The notes under the pieces: generated by a model
Databases searched by the model: none
Told to the model about the DNA's origin: nothing
What the model saw: only the letters and a program-made list of their open reading frames with translations
Program-made: the position numbers and the translations under genes
In this document: in pieces, positions 8,978 to 17,036 of the stretch
Layout: every line of letters starts with the position of its first letter
How positions within the stretch are numbered: the first letter of the stretch is position 1
NCBI GenBank assembly: GCA_020353515.1
Contig: CP070695.1
Coordinates: 173,090 to 193,582 of the forward strand
Length of the DNA: 20,493 nt
Direction: 5' to 3'
Source of the DNA: Candidatus Heimdallarchaeota archaeon
GTDB taxonomy: Archaea > Asgardarchaeota > Heimdallarchaeia > Hodarchaeales > Hodarchaeaceae

Positions 8978-10603
8978 ATGGAATACGATCTGATTATCAA
9001 AAACAGCAAAATCATTGATGGCACAGGAAATCCTTGGTATCAAGCTAATATAGGTATTAGTGATGGGAAAATAACTAAAATTGGTAGATTGGATAAGAGT
9101 AAAACAGATAGAGAAATTAATGCCAATGGTTTGGTATTAACACCTGGATTTATTGATCCTCACAGCCACTCAGATTTTGCTATCCCCTTTGATTCTAGAC
9201 TAGAGTCGACCATTCGTCAAGGAATCACAACAGCAGTAATAGGTAACTGTGGAGATTCCCTTGCACCAATAAATAGAGAAAAATTAGACTTATTTGAGAA
9301 AATGGCGAATATTTTCTCCCCCCCAGGTGAAACGTTAAGTATCACTTGGCAATCTTTTGATGAGTATCTCTTAATATTGGAGAAAGGGGAATGTTCTACA
9401 AATATAGTCCCTCTTGTTGGATTTGGAACTGTTCGTATAGCAGGAGGGCCAGGTTTTGAAGATCGTCCACCTACGAATGAGGAACTTGAAAGAATGAAGA
9501 TGTACATACACGAAGCAATGCAATCAGGGGCTTTCGGGATGAGCACAGGTTTAATCTATACACCTCAGATTTATGCTAACACCGAAGAAATTATTGAATT
9601 GGCAAAAGTAGTGGCAGAGTATGGGGGACTTTATTTTTCACATATTCGAGGTGAAGGGGCAAGTGTAATAAATGCAATCGAAGAATTAATAAGAATTGTT
9701 AAGAAATCAGGTTGTTCAGGTGGACAAATAGCACACCACAAAGTTTCGGGCCGCCTAAACTGGGGGAAAAGCAAAAATACATTACAACTTTTGGTAGAAG
9801 CTAATCAAAATGGTTTGAACATTACATGTGATCAGTATCCTTATAATAGAGGAATGACTTCTCTTATAACAGTCCTCCCTCCTTGGGTTCATATTGGTGG
9901 GATCGAGAAAATTCTCGAACGTCTTGAAGATTCTAAATCACTAGAACGAATTAGGAAAGATATTACCCAGGGAATCAAAGGTTGGGAAAATTGGATGAAA
10001 GATCTAGGAACAGATAAGATTTACATATCATCAGTTAAAACAGAACGCTGGAAAGATGTTGAAGGGAAAAGCATCAGCGAAATTACAAAGCTTAAAGGCA
10101 AAAAAGACGACTTTAGAACAATATTTGACCTAATTCGAGAAGAAAAAGGGGAAGTTTCCATCTTAGTTGAAGGGATGCATGAGGAAGATATTCGACGAAT
10201 AATGACTAATAAATTTACAATGATAGGAACAGATGGTTGGGGAGTGGCTCCTACTGGAGTCCTTGGTCATGGAAAACCACATCCGCGTTTTTATGGAACA
10301 TATCCACGAGTTTTAGGAAAATATGTCAGACAAGAGGGCTTATTGAGAATAGAAGATGCAATTAGAAAGATGACAAGTTTTCCTGCTCAAAAATTAGGAC
10401 TTCATGATCGAGGACTGATCCGTGAAAATATGTGGGCAGATATAGTAATAATTGATTCTAACGAAGTTATTGACCGTGCAACTTATGATAATCCTCACCA
10501 ATTTCCGGTAGGTATAAAATATGTCATCATCAATGGTGAAATCGTAGTAAAGAACGAAATACAAACAGAAAAACTGCCTGGAAGAATCTTAAGACATCAA
10601 TAA
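8978..10603 (+). CDS. N-acyl-D-amino-acid deacylase (D-aminoacylase family amidohydrolase)
   Basis: IIDGTGNP, PGFIDPHSHSD (HxH), GNCG, GAFGMSTGLIY, SHIRGE, GTDG, PHPRFYGTYPRVLG. AGGTGA RBS. Confidence 0.9.
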   Translation: MEYDLIIKNSKIIDGTGNPWYQANIGISDGKITKIGRLDKSKTDREINANGLVLTPGFIDPHSHSDFAIPFDSRLESTIRQGITTAVIGNCGDSLAPINREKLDLFEKMANIFSPPGETLSITWQSFDEYLLILEKGECSTNIVPLVGFGTVRIAGGPGFEDRPPTNEELERMKMYIHEAMQSGAFGMSTGLIYTPQIYANTEEIIELAKVVAEYGGLYFSHIRGEGASVINAIEELIRIVKKSGCSGGQIAHHKVSGRLNWGKSKNTLQLLVEANQNGLNITCDQYPYNRGMTSLITVLPPWVHIGGIEKILERLEDSKSLERIRKDITQGIKGWENWMKDLGTDKIYISSVKTERWKDVEGKSISEITKLKGKKDDFRTIFDLIREEKGEVSILVEGMHEEDIRRIMTNKFTMIGTDGWGVAPTGVLGHGKPHPRFYGTYPRVLGKYVRQEGLLRIEDAIRKMTSFPAQKLGLHDRGLIRENMWADIVIIDSNEVIDRATYDNPHQFPVGIKYVIINGEIVVKNEIQTEKLPGRILRHQ

Positions 10604-10620
10604 ACCAAAGGCGGAAAAAA

Positions 10621-11589
10621 ATGAAAATAAGGTTAAATATGAATGAGATGCCCTATCCTCCTCCAACAGAGGTAATTCAAGCTGGAGAAAAGGGATTATC
10701 TTTACTAAATCGATATAATTTTCCCGAGGATCGAGAACTACTTCAAAAGCTTCTAGCTGAATACTCTGGAGTTCCCAAAGATCATATCATTGCCTATCCT
10801 GGTTCAGATCTCATATTAAGAGAAATTATACATATGTTTGCAATGGAGAGGAAGGTTTTAATGGTCTATCCTACTTTTTTTCCTACATTTTACGCAGCGC
10901 AGCACTTTGCTAAGGAATTGAGGACAATTCCACTGGAACCACCAGATTTCGTCTTAAATACTGAGTATTTATACAATGAGCTGAATGAGCCTGCTTTAAT
11001 CATTATTGATAACCCTAATAATCCAACAGGCAAATTATTACTGGATATGAAAATTGTTGAAACCATTCTTGACAATAAAAACGCTATTCTTGTAGTTGAT
11101 GAAGCGTATTTTGAGTTTACAAAGGTTACTTATGCTGATATGGTTGAAGAATATCCAAATCTTGCTATTGGAAGGACAATATCGAAAGCATTTGGATTGG
11201 CGGGAGTAAGAATTGGATATATTATTGGAGGAAAGACCTTTTTGGATAAATTTGCCTCTGTTTCAATAATGCTCTCACAAGTTGGAGTATATTCAGCAAT
11301 AGAAGCAATGAAAAATCCTGAATATATTAAGAACAATATCAACTTAATTAATGAAGAAAGAGAGAGAGTGAGCAGGGAGTTAATAAAAATGGGTATTCAA
11401 GTTTACTCAAGTACAACTAATTTTGTACTTATAAACACAAAAATTCCAGATATTGGAGGAAAGCTCGTTGAAAGAGGGATTCTCGTTCTCGACCTTTCAG
11501 AACGATGGCTTTCAGGCTTTATTAGAGTAGCAATTGGTTCAAAAGAAGAGAACAACTATTTTCTAACATCTATTAAAGAAATTGTTTAA
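10621..11589 (+). CDS. PLP-dependent class I/II aminotransferase, histidinol-phosphate aminotransferase (HisC/CobD)-like
   Basis: LNMNEMPYPP, LNRY, NPNNPTG, VDEAY, RTISKAFGLAGVRIGY (PLP Lys), IRVAIG. Confidence 0.85.
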   Translation: MKIRLNMNEMPYPPPTEVIQAGEKGLSLLNRYNFPEDRELLQKLLAEYSGVPKDHIIAYPGSDLILREIIHMFAMERKVLMVYPTFFPTFYAAQHFAKELRTIPLEPPDFVLNTEYLYNELNEPALIIIDNPNNPTGKLLLDMKIVETILDNKNAILVVDEAYFEFTKVTYADMVEEYPNLAIGRTISKAFGLAGVRIGYIIGGKTFLDKFASVSIMLSQVGVYSAIEAMKNPEYIKNNINLINEERERVSRELIKMGIQVYSSTTNFVLINTKIPDIGGKLVERGILVLDLSERWLSGFIRVAIGSKEENNYFLTSIKEIV

Positions 11590-11617
11590 TTTTTATCTGT
11601 TTTTCTGGTGTTGAATA

Positions 11618-12373
11618 ATGGGAATAAAAGTTGAAAAGAAAAGGAGAATCTGGACGATTATAATTGATAATCCTGAGGTACGAAACGCGGTTGATGGCCC
11701 CACAGCGAACGCATTGGCTAATACTTTTAGAAATTTTGAAGCAGAGGAGGAAGCCAAAGTAGCTGTGCTTTGGGGGGATCATGGATACTTCTGTTCTGGA
11801 GCGAATATGAAAACAATTCAAGATGGACTGGGAAATCGGGTTGAAAAGAATGGAGATGGTCCAATGGGACCAACTAGAATGGTATTATCCAAACCAGTGA
11901 TTGCTGCTGTATCTGGTTATGCTGTTGCAGGTGGATTTGAACTAGCCCTATGGTGTGATTTACGAATAGTTGAGAAAACTGCAGTTTTTGGTGTCTTTAA
12001 TCGAAGGTGGGGTGTACCTCTAATTGATGGCGGGACTGTGAGATTACCAAGACTTATCGGATTGAGTAGAGCACTTGACTTGGTACTTACTGGACGACCT
12101 GTGTCCGCGGATGAAGCCTTAGCAATCGGTCTAGCTAATCGAATAGTTGAGGACGGGAAATCTAGGATTGAAGCAGAAAAATTGGCTCTAGATATCGCAA
12201 AATTCCCCCAAACATGCTTAAGAGAGGATAGGTTATCCACATATGAGCAGTATAATTATGACTGGGAAAAGGCTTTAGCTAATGAATTCAATCATGGTCT
12301 AATCTCGCTTAAAGAAGCGAAAAGTGGAATCAACAGATTTATAAATGGCGAGGGTCGACATGGAGAATTTTAA
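11618..12373 (+). CDS. Crotonase / enoyl-CoA hydratase-isomerase family protein
   Basis: RNAVD, FCSGAN, KPVIAAVSGYAVAGGFELALWCD, RWGVPLIDGGTVRLPRLIG, LTGRPVSADEA. Confidence 0.92.
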   Translation: MGIKVEKKRRIWTIIIDNPEVRNAVDGPTANALANTFRNFEAEEEAKVAVLWGDHGYFCSGANMKTIQDGLGNRVEKNGDGPMGPTRMVLSKPVIAAVSGYAVAGGFELALWCDLRIVEKTAVFGVFNRRWGVPLIDGGTVRLPRLIGLSRALDLVLTGRPVSADEALAIGLANRIVEDGKSRIEAEKLALDIAKFPQTCLREDRLSTYEQYNYDWEKALANEFNHGLISLKEAKSGINRFINGEGRHGEF

Positions 12374-12377
12374 GCAA

Positions 12378-13256
12378 CTAATCCTTTAAAAACTTTACAA
12401 GAAGAGGATTAACTTCATCAGAATGAGTATAATTAGGTATGTGACCACTTTCTTTGATTGTATGGAATTCAATCGATGGAACCGCCTCACAGACTTTTTG
12501 ACTTGTCGTATAAGGGATGGTTTGATCTTTTTCTCCCCAAAACAGTTGCATCGGGATATTCTGATTCCCTAGTCTTTCATATGTTTCTTTCAAGTTTGTA
12601 AAAGGCGTATTTAATACTGTTGACCTAATTGCCCGAAGAAATCCTTCATATTTTAGCTGTTCAGCATATTTTTTGACATATTCCTCCACCTTCCCATATT
12701 GATAAAAATCTTCTTTTTGTGTTTCAATAATTCGTTTATGTCCTAAGTATAACTTCAACATTAAATTATTAATAATAGGTATCTTTAAAATCGATAATAA
12801 GATATTTCTCCCCATTGGAAAGCCAATAGGGTCTATTAAGGACACTTTCTTTACTAGTTCTGGGTATTTGTCAGCAAAAACGACGCAAATTCCTCCACCC
12901 ATGGACAATCCAACAAGATTGATCTTTTCATCAACCAATTTAAGCTTTTTAACTAATTCAAAGAGCTGACGGATGAAAAGATCCATATTGTAAGTAGTTC
13001 CTGGCCGATCAGAATAACCACGACCATATAAATCGTATCTTAAAACTTTAAACCCTTCATTAACTAAATGTTCATATGTTGGATCCCAAATGAACAGAGG
13101 GGTCGAAAATCCATGCACAAGAACAATCAGATCCCCATCTCTTGGTCCATCAAATTCATAATGAGTAAATCCATCTGAAAGCTGTATAAAATCCCCTGAT
13201 AGTGTCTTCCTTGTCATATCATTTAATCTTTCAGTTTCATATTCCATTTTATGCAT
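12378..13256 (-). CDS. Alpha/beta fold hydrolase (esterase/lipase-like)
   Basis: VLVHGF oxyanion motif, YDLYGRGYSD, nucleophile elbow GLSMGG, WGEKD (Asp), SGHIP (His). The start may be ATG 13247. Confidence 0.9.
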   Translation of the reverse strand: MHKMEYETERLNDMTRKTLSGDFIQLSDGFTHYEFDGPRDGDLIVLVHGFSTPLFIWDPTYEHLVNEGFKVLRYDLYGRGYSDRPGTTYNMDLFIRQLFELVKKLKLVDEKINLVGLSMGGGICVVFADKYPELVKKVSLIDPIGFPMGRNILLSILKIPIINNLMLKLYLGHKRIIETQKEDFYQYGKVEEYVKKYAEQLKYEGFLRAIRSTVLNTPFTNLKETYERLGNQNIPMQLFWGEKDQTIPYTTSQKVCEAVPSIEFHTIKESGHIPNYTHSDEVNPLLVKFLKD

Positions 13257-13407
13257 CCTACTGTTTATATTTGTATATATGGTCAGATCTGACTGATTTC
13301 CTTCTTGGAAACTTCCTAATAATAAGTATATAGGAGGATTCCAAATGTAGAGTCTGTACTTTGAAGTGTAATTAAAAAAGAGAATTGGAAAGAATGGTTA
13401 AGGAAAA

Positions 13408-14436
13408 TTAACCAACAGAGATTTTTACAAAAATTACAGAACTTACCCAATATCGACTTGCTGTAATAGGAGAGGAGGGGCCAACATAAGCAGCTCTAAA
13501 CGACCCTAGATCTAATTCGAGCTTCTGACTACCATTGTAATAAGCTAAGATTAAACTCACATTTTCGGGCCCACCATGACCAATCTCATTTCCAGAGGTA
13601 TCATACAATGTTGTATTTCCAAAGAATTGATCACGATAAAAAGTTCTTGCATAACCATCAGAAGCAACGATCTCAACTGTAAAGGTTTGATCAATATCGA
13701 TTAGAAGATCCACAACATAAGTTAGATTAATTCCTGTATAGAAATATGATTCAGAAACTTCACCAAACCTAGTTAGATATCTTCCTGTTTCGTTAACAGA
13801 AGGTAATTTGAGAACTTGACTCCAACTCAATGTATAATTCATTGAATCATAACCAAATGTTACAGTTTCACTTTCTCGTCGAAATTCAAGCTTTACAACC
13901 CATTTTGACCATTTCAGACTACCTGCTGTTTTAGACTCTAAGGAAGAAGTACTAATGCTATCTTCATTAGAATATTGGCCATCTGGAGGAATGAAAGCAA
14001 TTTTTAAGCCGACATCCCAATCTGGAAACTGTGTACCATTAAATTCATATGCTAGAATCATCGTACCTTGAATTTCTTGCCATTTCGTCGAGGGGTAAAC
14101 ATTATCATAAGTGAAGATTTGGGTATAGTTATCATCAGAAGTGACAATTAAAATATCACCTTGTTGAATTCCACCAATTTCTTCAGCAAAAACAGAGATA
14201 GGAACACCTCTGTATGACCCCTTGTCACACCAATTCCCATAGGAGTTTTGATATTCACTTGTTCCACTAATACTTGTGAGCTCTTTGATGTCCTTCAGAG
14301 TATATTCTCTAGTTTCCCCGTTCACTCCCAATACCATTAGCTCAGTTTCTTGGCTGATCTCTGGTTCTGTACAACCAGAGAGCAAGACAATCATTATAAT
14401 TAAAAAACAAATTATTACAACAGACTTAAACCTCAA
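13408..14436 (-). CDS. Putative lipoprotein with two tandem molybdopterin-oxidoreductase (sulfite oxidase-like) domains
   Basis: TTG start with GGTGA RBS. Signal peptide ending in lipobox LLSG-C. Two internal repeats sharing YxG(V/I), (S/A)xD(N/G)Y, ILAY and a terminal W-x3-V-x2-(L/V) strand. Confidence 0.65.
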   Translation of the reverse strand: MRFKSVVIICFLIIMIVLLSGCTEPEISQETELMVLGVNGETREYTLKDIKELTSISGTSEYQNSYGNWCDKGSYRGVPISVFAEEIGGIQQGDILIVTSDDNYTQIFTYDNVYPSTKWQEIQGTMILAYEFNGTQFPDWDVGLKIAFIPPDGQYSNEDSISTSSLESKTAGSLKWSKWVVKLEFRRESETVTFGYDSMNYTLSWSQVLKLPSVNETGRYLTRFGEVSESYFYTGINLTYVVDLLIDIDQTFTVEIVASDGYARTFYRDQFFGNTTLYDTSGNEIGHGGPENVSLILAYYNGSQKLELDLGSFRAAYVGPSSPITASRYWVSSVIFVKISVG

Positions 14437-14705
14437 ACTAGGTTCACCTGCCTTACACTACTAGAAAATTAACAAAATTTACTGTTCAAGCAACACACTC
14501 TATTCAATGTTATAAATACTTCTAAAATATTAGTTTCTATCAGAGTATTGTGTCGTAGGGTTTGATTAAAAGGCAGGGATATGAATTTCATTTATGTCTT
14601 GAAATAAAATTACGATTAGAAATTATTTATAACACAACTTGCTAGATCATCTGGCTGCTTGCAAAGGCTAATATTCACAGGTCAATTGTCAGAGAGGGCC
14701 TACAG

Positions 14706-15320
14706 TTGGAGATTAATAACATTCTGATGATCTTTTCATTCTGGGATGAGCAAAAAGGCCCACAGGTGTTCGATTGTAACCAAGAGATCACTCATGACAT
14801 TAACACTATCTCCATCCAATGTTTCATGTCCTGTTTCCATCTTTTTTCAACAGGTCTAGCTAAGCAAAGCAAAAAACCTCCAATGAAGCTCACATTGCCA
14901 TTACCAAATTACGGAAAGATTGCGAGGATTTATTTTGGAAGTTGGGAAGATATAGAAGTCAGGGGAAAATTCAGGGCGTTTGGTGTGTTTTTTGTTTTAG
15001 ATAATGTAGGAACACTAGAGGAATTACTTTTTGATTCAATCATTGGAAAACTTAACCTATCTGACAATCCATTTCAAGAGGATTTGATTCAAACTTTAGA
15101 GAATTCCATTAATAGACAATTAAGACCTGCTTTTGATGCTGAAACTGCGATTCAAAGTATTAAATCAAGATTAATAACAGTGCAAAACTTAACAAGAATA
15201 TATAAAACACAAGAATTGAGATTAATGGCAAAAAGTCTTGGGATTCCACTCACTCGAAAATCCAAGAAGATATTGGCTAAGGATATTCTGATTTTACTCA
15301 TTAAAGACGAAAGAGACTAG
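14706..15320 (+). CDS. Hypothetical protein: longin/uDENN-like N-terminal domain plus basic helix-extension-helix-like C-terminus
   Basis: 204-aa ORF filling the gap between two - strand genes. Motifs IFSFWDEQKGPQ and EDIEVRGKFRAFGVFFV; C-terminal YKTQELRLMAKSLGIP..SKKILAKDIL. The TTG start is uncertain. The domain call is by eye. Confidence 0.6.
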   Translation: MEINNILMIFSFWDEQKGPQVFDCNQEITHDINTISIQCFMSCFHLFSTGLAKQSKKPPMKLTLPLPNYGKIARIYFGSWEDIEVRGKFRAFGVFFVLDNVGTLEELLFDSIIGKLNLSDNPFQEDLIQTLENSINRQLRPAFDAETAIQSIKSRLITVQNLTRIYKTQELRLMAKSLGIPLTRKSKKILAKDILILLIKDERD

Positions 15321-15321
15321 A

Positions 15322-16383
15322 TTAAGCAAAAATTTCCTTTAAGACAAGAGGGAACTGTTCAATGCAAAATGCGATATCTTCAGCCGTAATCCCATAATGA
15401 GTTACAAGACGCAATTTATTTGCCTTATTAAAAGTTAAAATACCTTTGTGACTTAGTTCATTAACTAATTTTTCCATTGGTGTGTTTATTGGGCATTCAA
15501 CAAATATGATGTTTGTTTCTGGTTCATCAACAATAATTGGGAGTTCTAATTCTTTTAATCCTCTTGCTAAATGCTTAGCATTAATGTGATCTTCTTCAAG
15601 TCGTTTAATCCATTTGTCCTCTAATGCTACAAGTCCAAATACAGCTATAATTCCTGCCTGTCTCATCCCTCCTCCAAGCATTTTTCTATTTTTTCTCGCT
15701 TTATCAATAAAGCCCTGAGAACCCACAACAATCGAACCAACAGGACACGAGAGACCCTTAGAAAGACAAAAAGACATACTATCTACATGTACTGTAAAAT
15801 CAGTGACAGGTAATTTCATAGCTACGGCAGCGTTAAAGATGCGAGCGCCATCCATATGAATTCTCATATTTTCATTCTTTTGGGCAAAAGTATTGAGATC
15901 TGATAGATATGTCGGAGGAAGGATGGTTCCCCCATGATTATTATGTGTGTTTTCAACGCAAACTAACGTTGTCCAGGGTTGATGGTCATCATTTCGAGGC
16001 CGAATCAAAGGCTGTAAATCAGTTTCTAGAGAAGCAATCCCTTTATTAGAAAAATAAGGCCGTGGTGTCAGTCCTCCAACTCGAGCAGCACTACCTACCT
16101 CATAATATAGAATATGACTCATTGCCTCTAAAAGTATTTCATCTCCAGGACGAGTAGAACTGAGTAAAGAGACTAGATTCCCTTGTGTACCAGAAGACAC
16201 TAACAAAGCGGCTTCTTTCCCTGTAATTTTCGCAGCAGTGGCTTCTAATTCATTAACTGTTGGATCTTCTCTAATAACATCGTCACCGAGACTTGAATCA
16301 TCCAGAGATCTTAATACTTCCCACATTTCTGGTGAGGGTTTTGTGACGGTATCGGATCTAAGATCAACTATCTTATTTGACAC
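15322..16383 (-). CDS. ltaE: Low-specificity L-threonine aldolase
   Basis: DLRSDTVT, GDDV..EDPTV, SGTQGN, ENTHN, HMDGARIFNA, CLSKGL (PLP Lys), GGGMRQAG, RLVTH. GTG start with AGGAG RBS. Confidence 0.93.
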   Translation of the reverse strand: MSNKIVDLRSDTVTKPSPEMWEVLRSLDDSSLGDDVIREDPTVNELEATAAKITGKEAALLVSSGTQGNLVSLLSSTRPGDEILLEAMSHILYYEVGSAARVGGLTPRPYFSNKGIASLETDLQPLIRPRNDDHQPWTTLVCVENTHNNHGGTILPPTYLSDLNTFAQKNENMRIHMDGARIFNAAVAMKLPVTDFTVHVDSMSFCLSKGLSCPVGSIVVGSQGFIDKARKNRKMLGGGMRQAGIIAVFGLVALEDKWIKRLEEDHINAKHLARGLKELELPIIVDEPETNIIFVECPINTPMEKLVNELSHKGILTFNKANKLRLVTHYGITAEDIAFCIEQFPLVLKEIFA

Positions 16384-16520
16384 TAATTTTCTCCTCTAAC
16401 GATTTTCTGCAATAAGTACCTTTTTTTATACTAATTCAAGGAAATGAAGGGAAGCAAATAAAATTATTCCGTATTACATCCAACAATGTTATTCAAACGG
16501 TTTAACTAGGTGATTAATCA

Positions 16521-17012
16521 ATGAGAGATATTAGGCGAAAAGAAAAAGCTATTACAGATAAAAAAGAATTGAAACAAATCCTCCAACAGGCTCAATATAT
16601 CACTATTGCTATGTGCATGAATAATCACCCTTATCTTGTTACATTAAGCCATGGTTATGATCCAGAAGAAGAAGTGCTGTTCTTTCATTGTGCTTCAGAG
16701 GGAAAGAAGATAGATTATCTCTCCTCAAACGATGTGGTTTGGGGACAAGCAATAATTGATCACGGATACGCCCAAGGCTCCTGTGATCATCTCTATGCAA
16801 CAACTCAGTTTAAGGGAAGGGTGTCATTTATTCTGGATCTGGAAGAGAAAAGAAAGGCTCTGATCAACATGGTTCAAAAACTGGATGAAAATCCTCAAGC
16901 CATAATTGATACTCAACTCCAAGAAAAATCTATTGCTAAAGTAACGATTGGACGAATAGACATTGAATTCATGATTGGAAAAAAACAAAAAACTGTGAAT
17001 ATCTCGCTATAA
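16521..17012 (+). CDS. Pyridoxamine 5'-phosphate oxidase-like split-barrel flavin-binding protein (NimA/nitroimidazole reductase-like family)
   Basis: N-terminal IRRKEKAI, PYLVTLSHGY, LFFHCASEGKKID, C-terminal IGK. AGGTGA RBS. Confidence 0.82.
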   Translation: MRDIRRKEKAITDKKELKQILQQAQYITIAMCMNNHPYLVTLSHGYDPEEEVLFFHCASEGKKIDYLSSNDVVWGQAIIDHGYAQGSCDHLYATTQFKGRVSFILDLEEKRKALINMVQKLDENPQAIIDTQLQEKSIAKVTIGRIDIEFMIGKKQKTVNISL

Positions 17013-17036
17013 TCAGTACATAACCTCACCTTAAAA

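Noticed and set aside
11930-12050. Missing second catalytic Glu in the crotonase
   Set aside because: The RWGVPLIDGG subfamily has an Asp in this region as a normal feature, so it does not indicate decay.
6677-12240. Short overlapping ORFs inside livM, livG, livF, the deacylase, the aminotransferase and the crotonase
   Set aside because: Nested in or overlapping conserved genes, with no independent support.
14437-14705. Short inverted repeat ATGAA-T-TTCAT and several TATA-like runs in the divergent region
   Set aside because: Expected by chance at this AT content and cannot be assigned.
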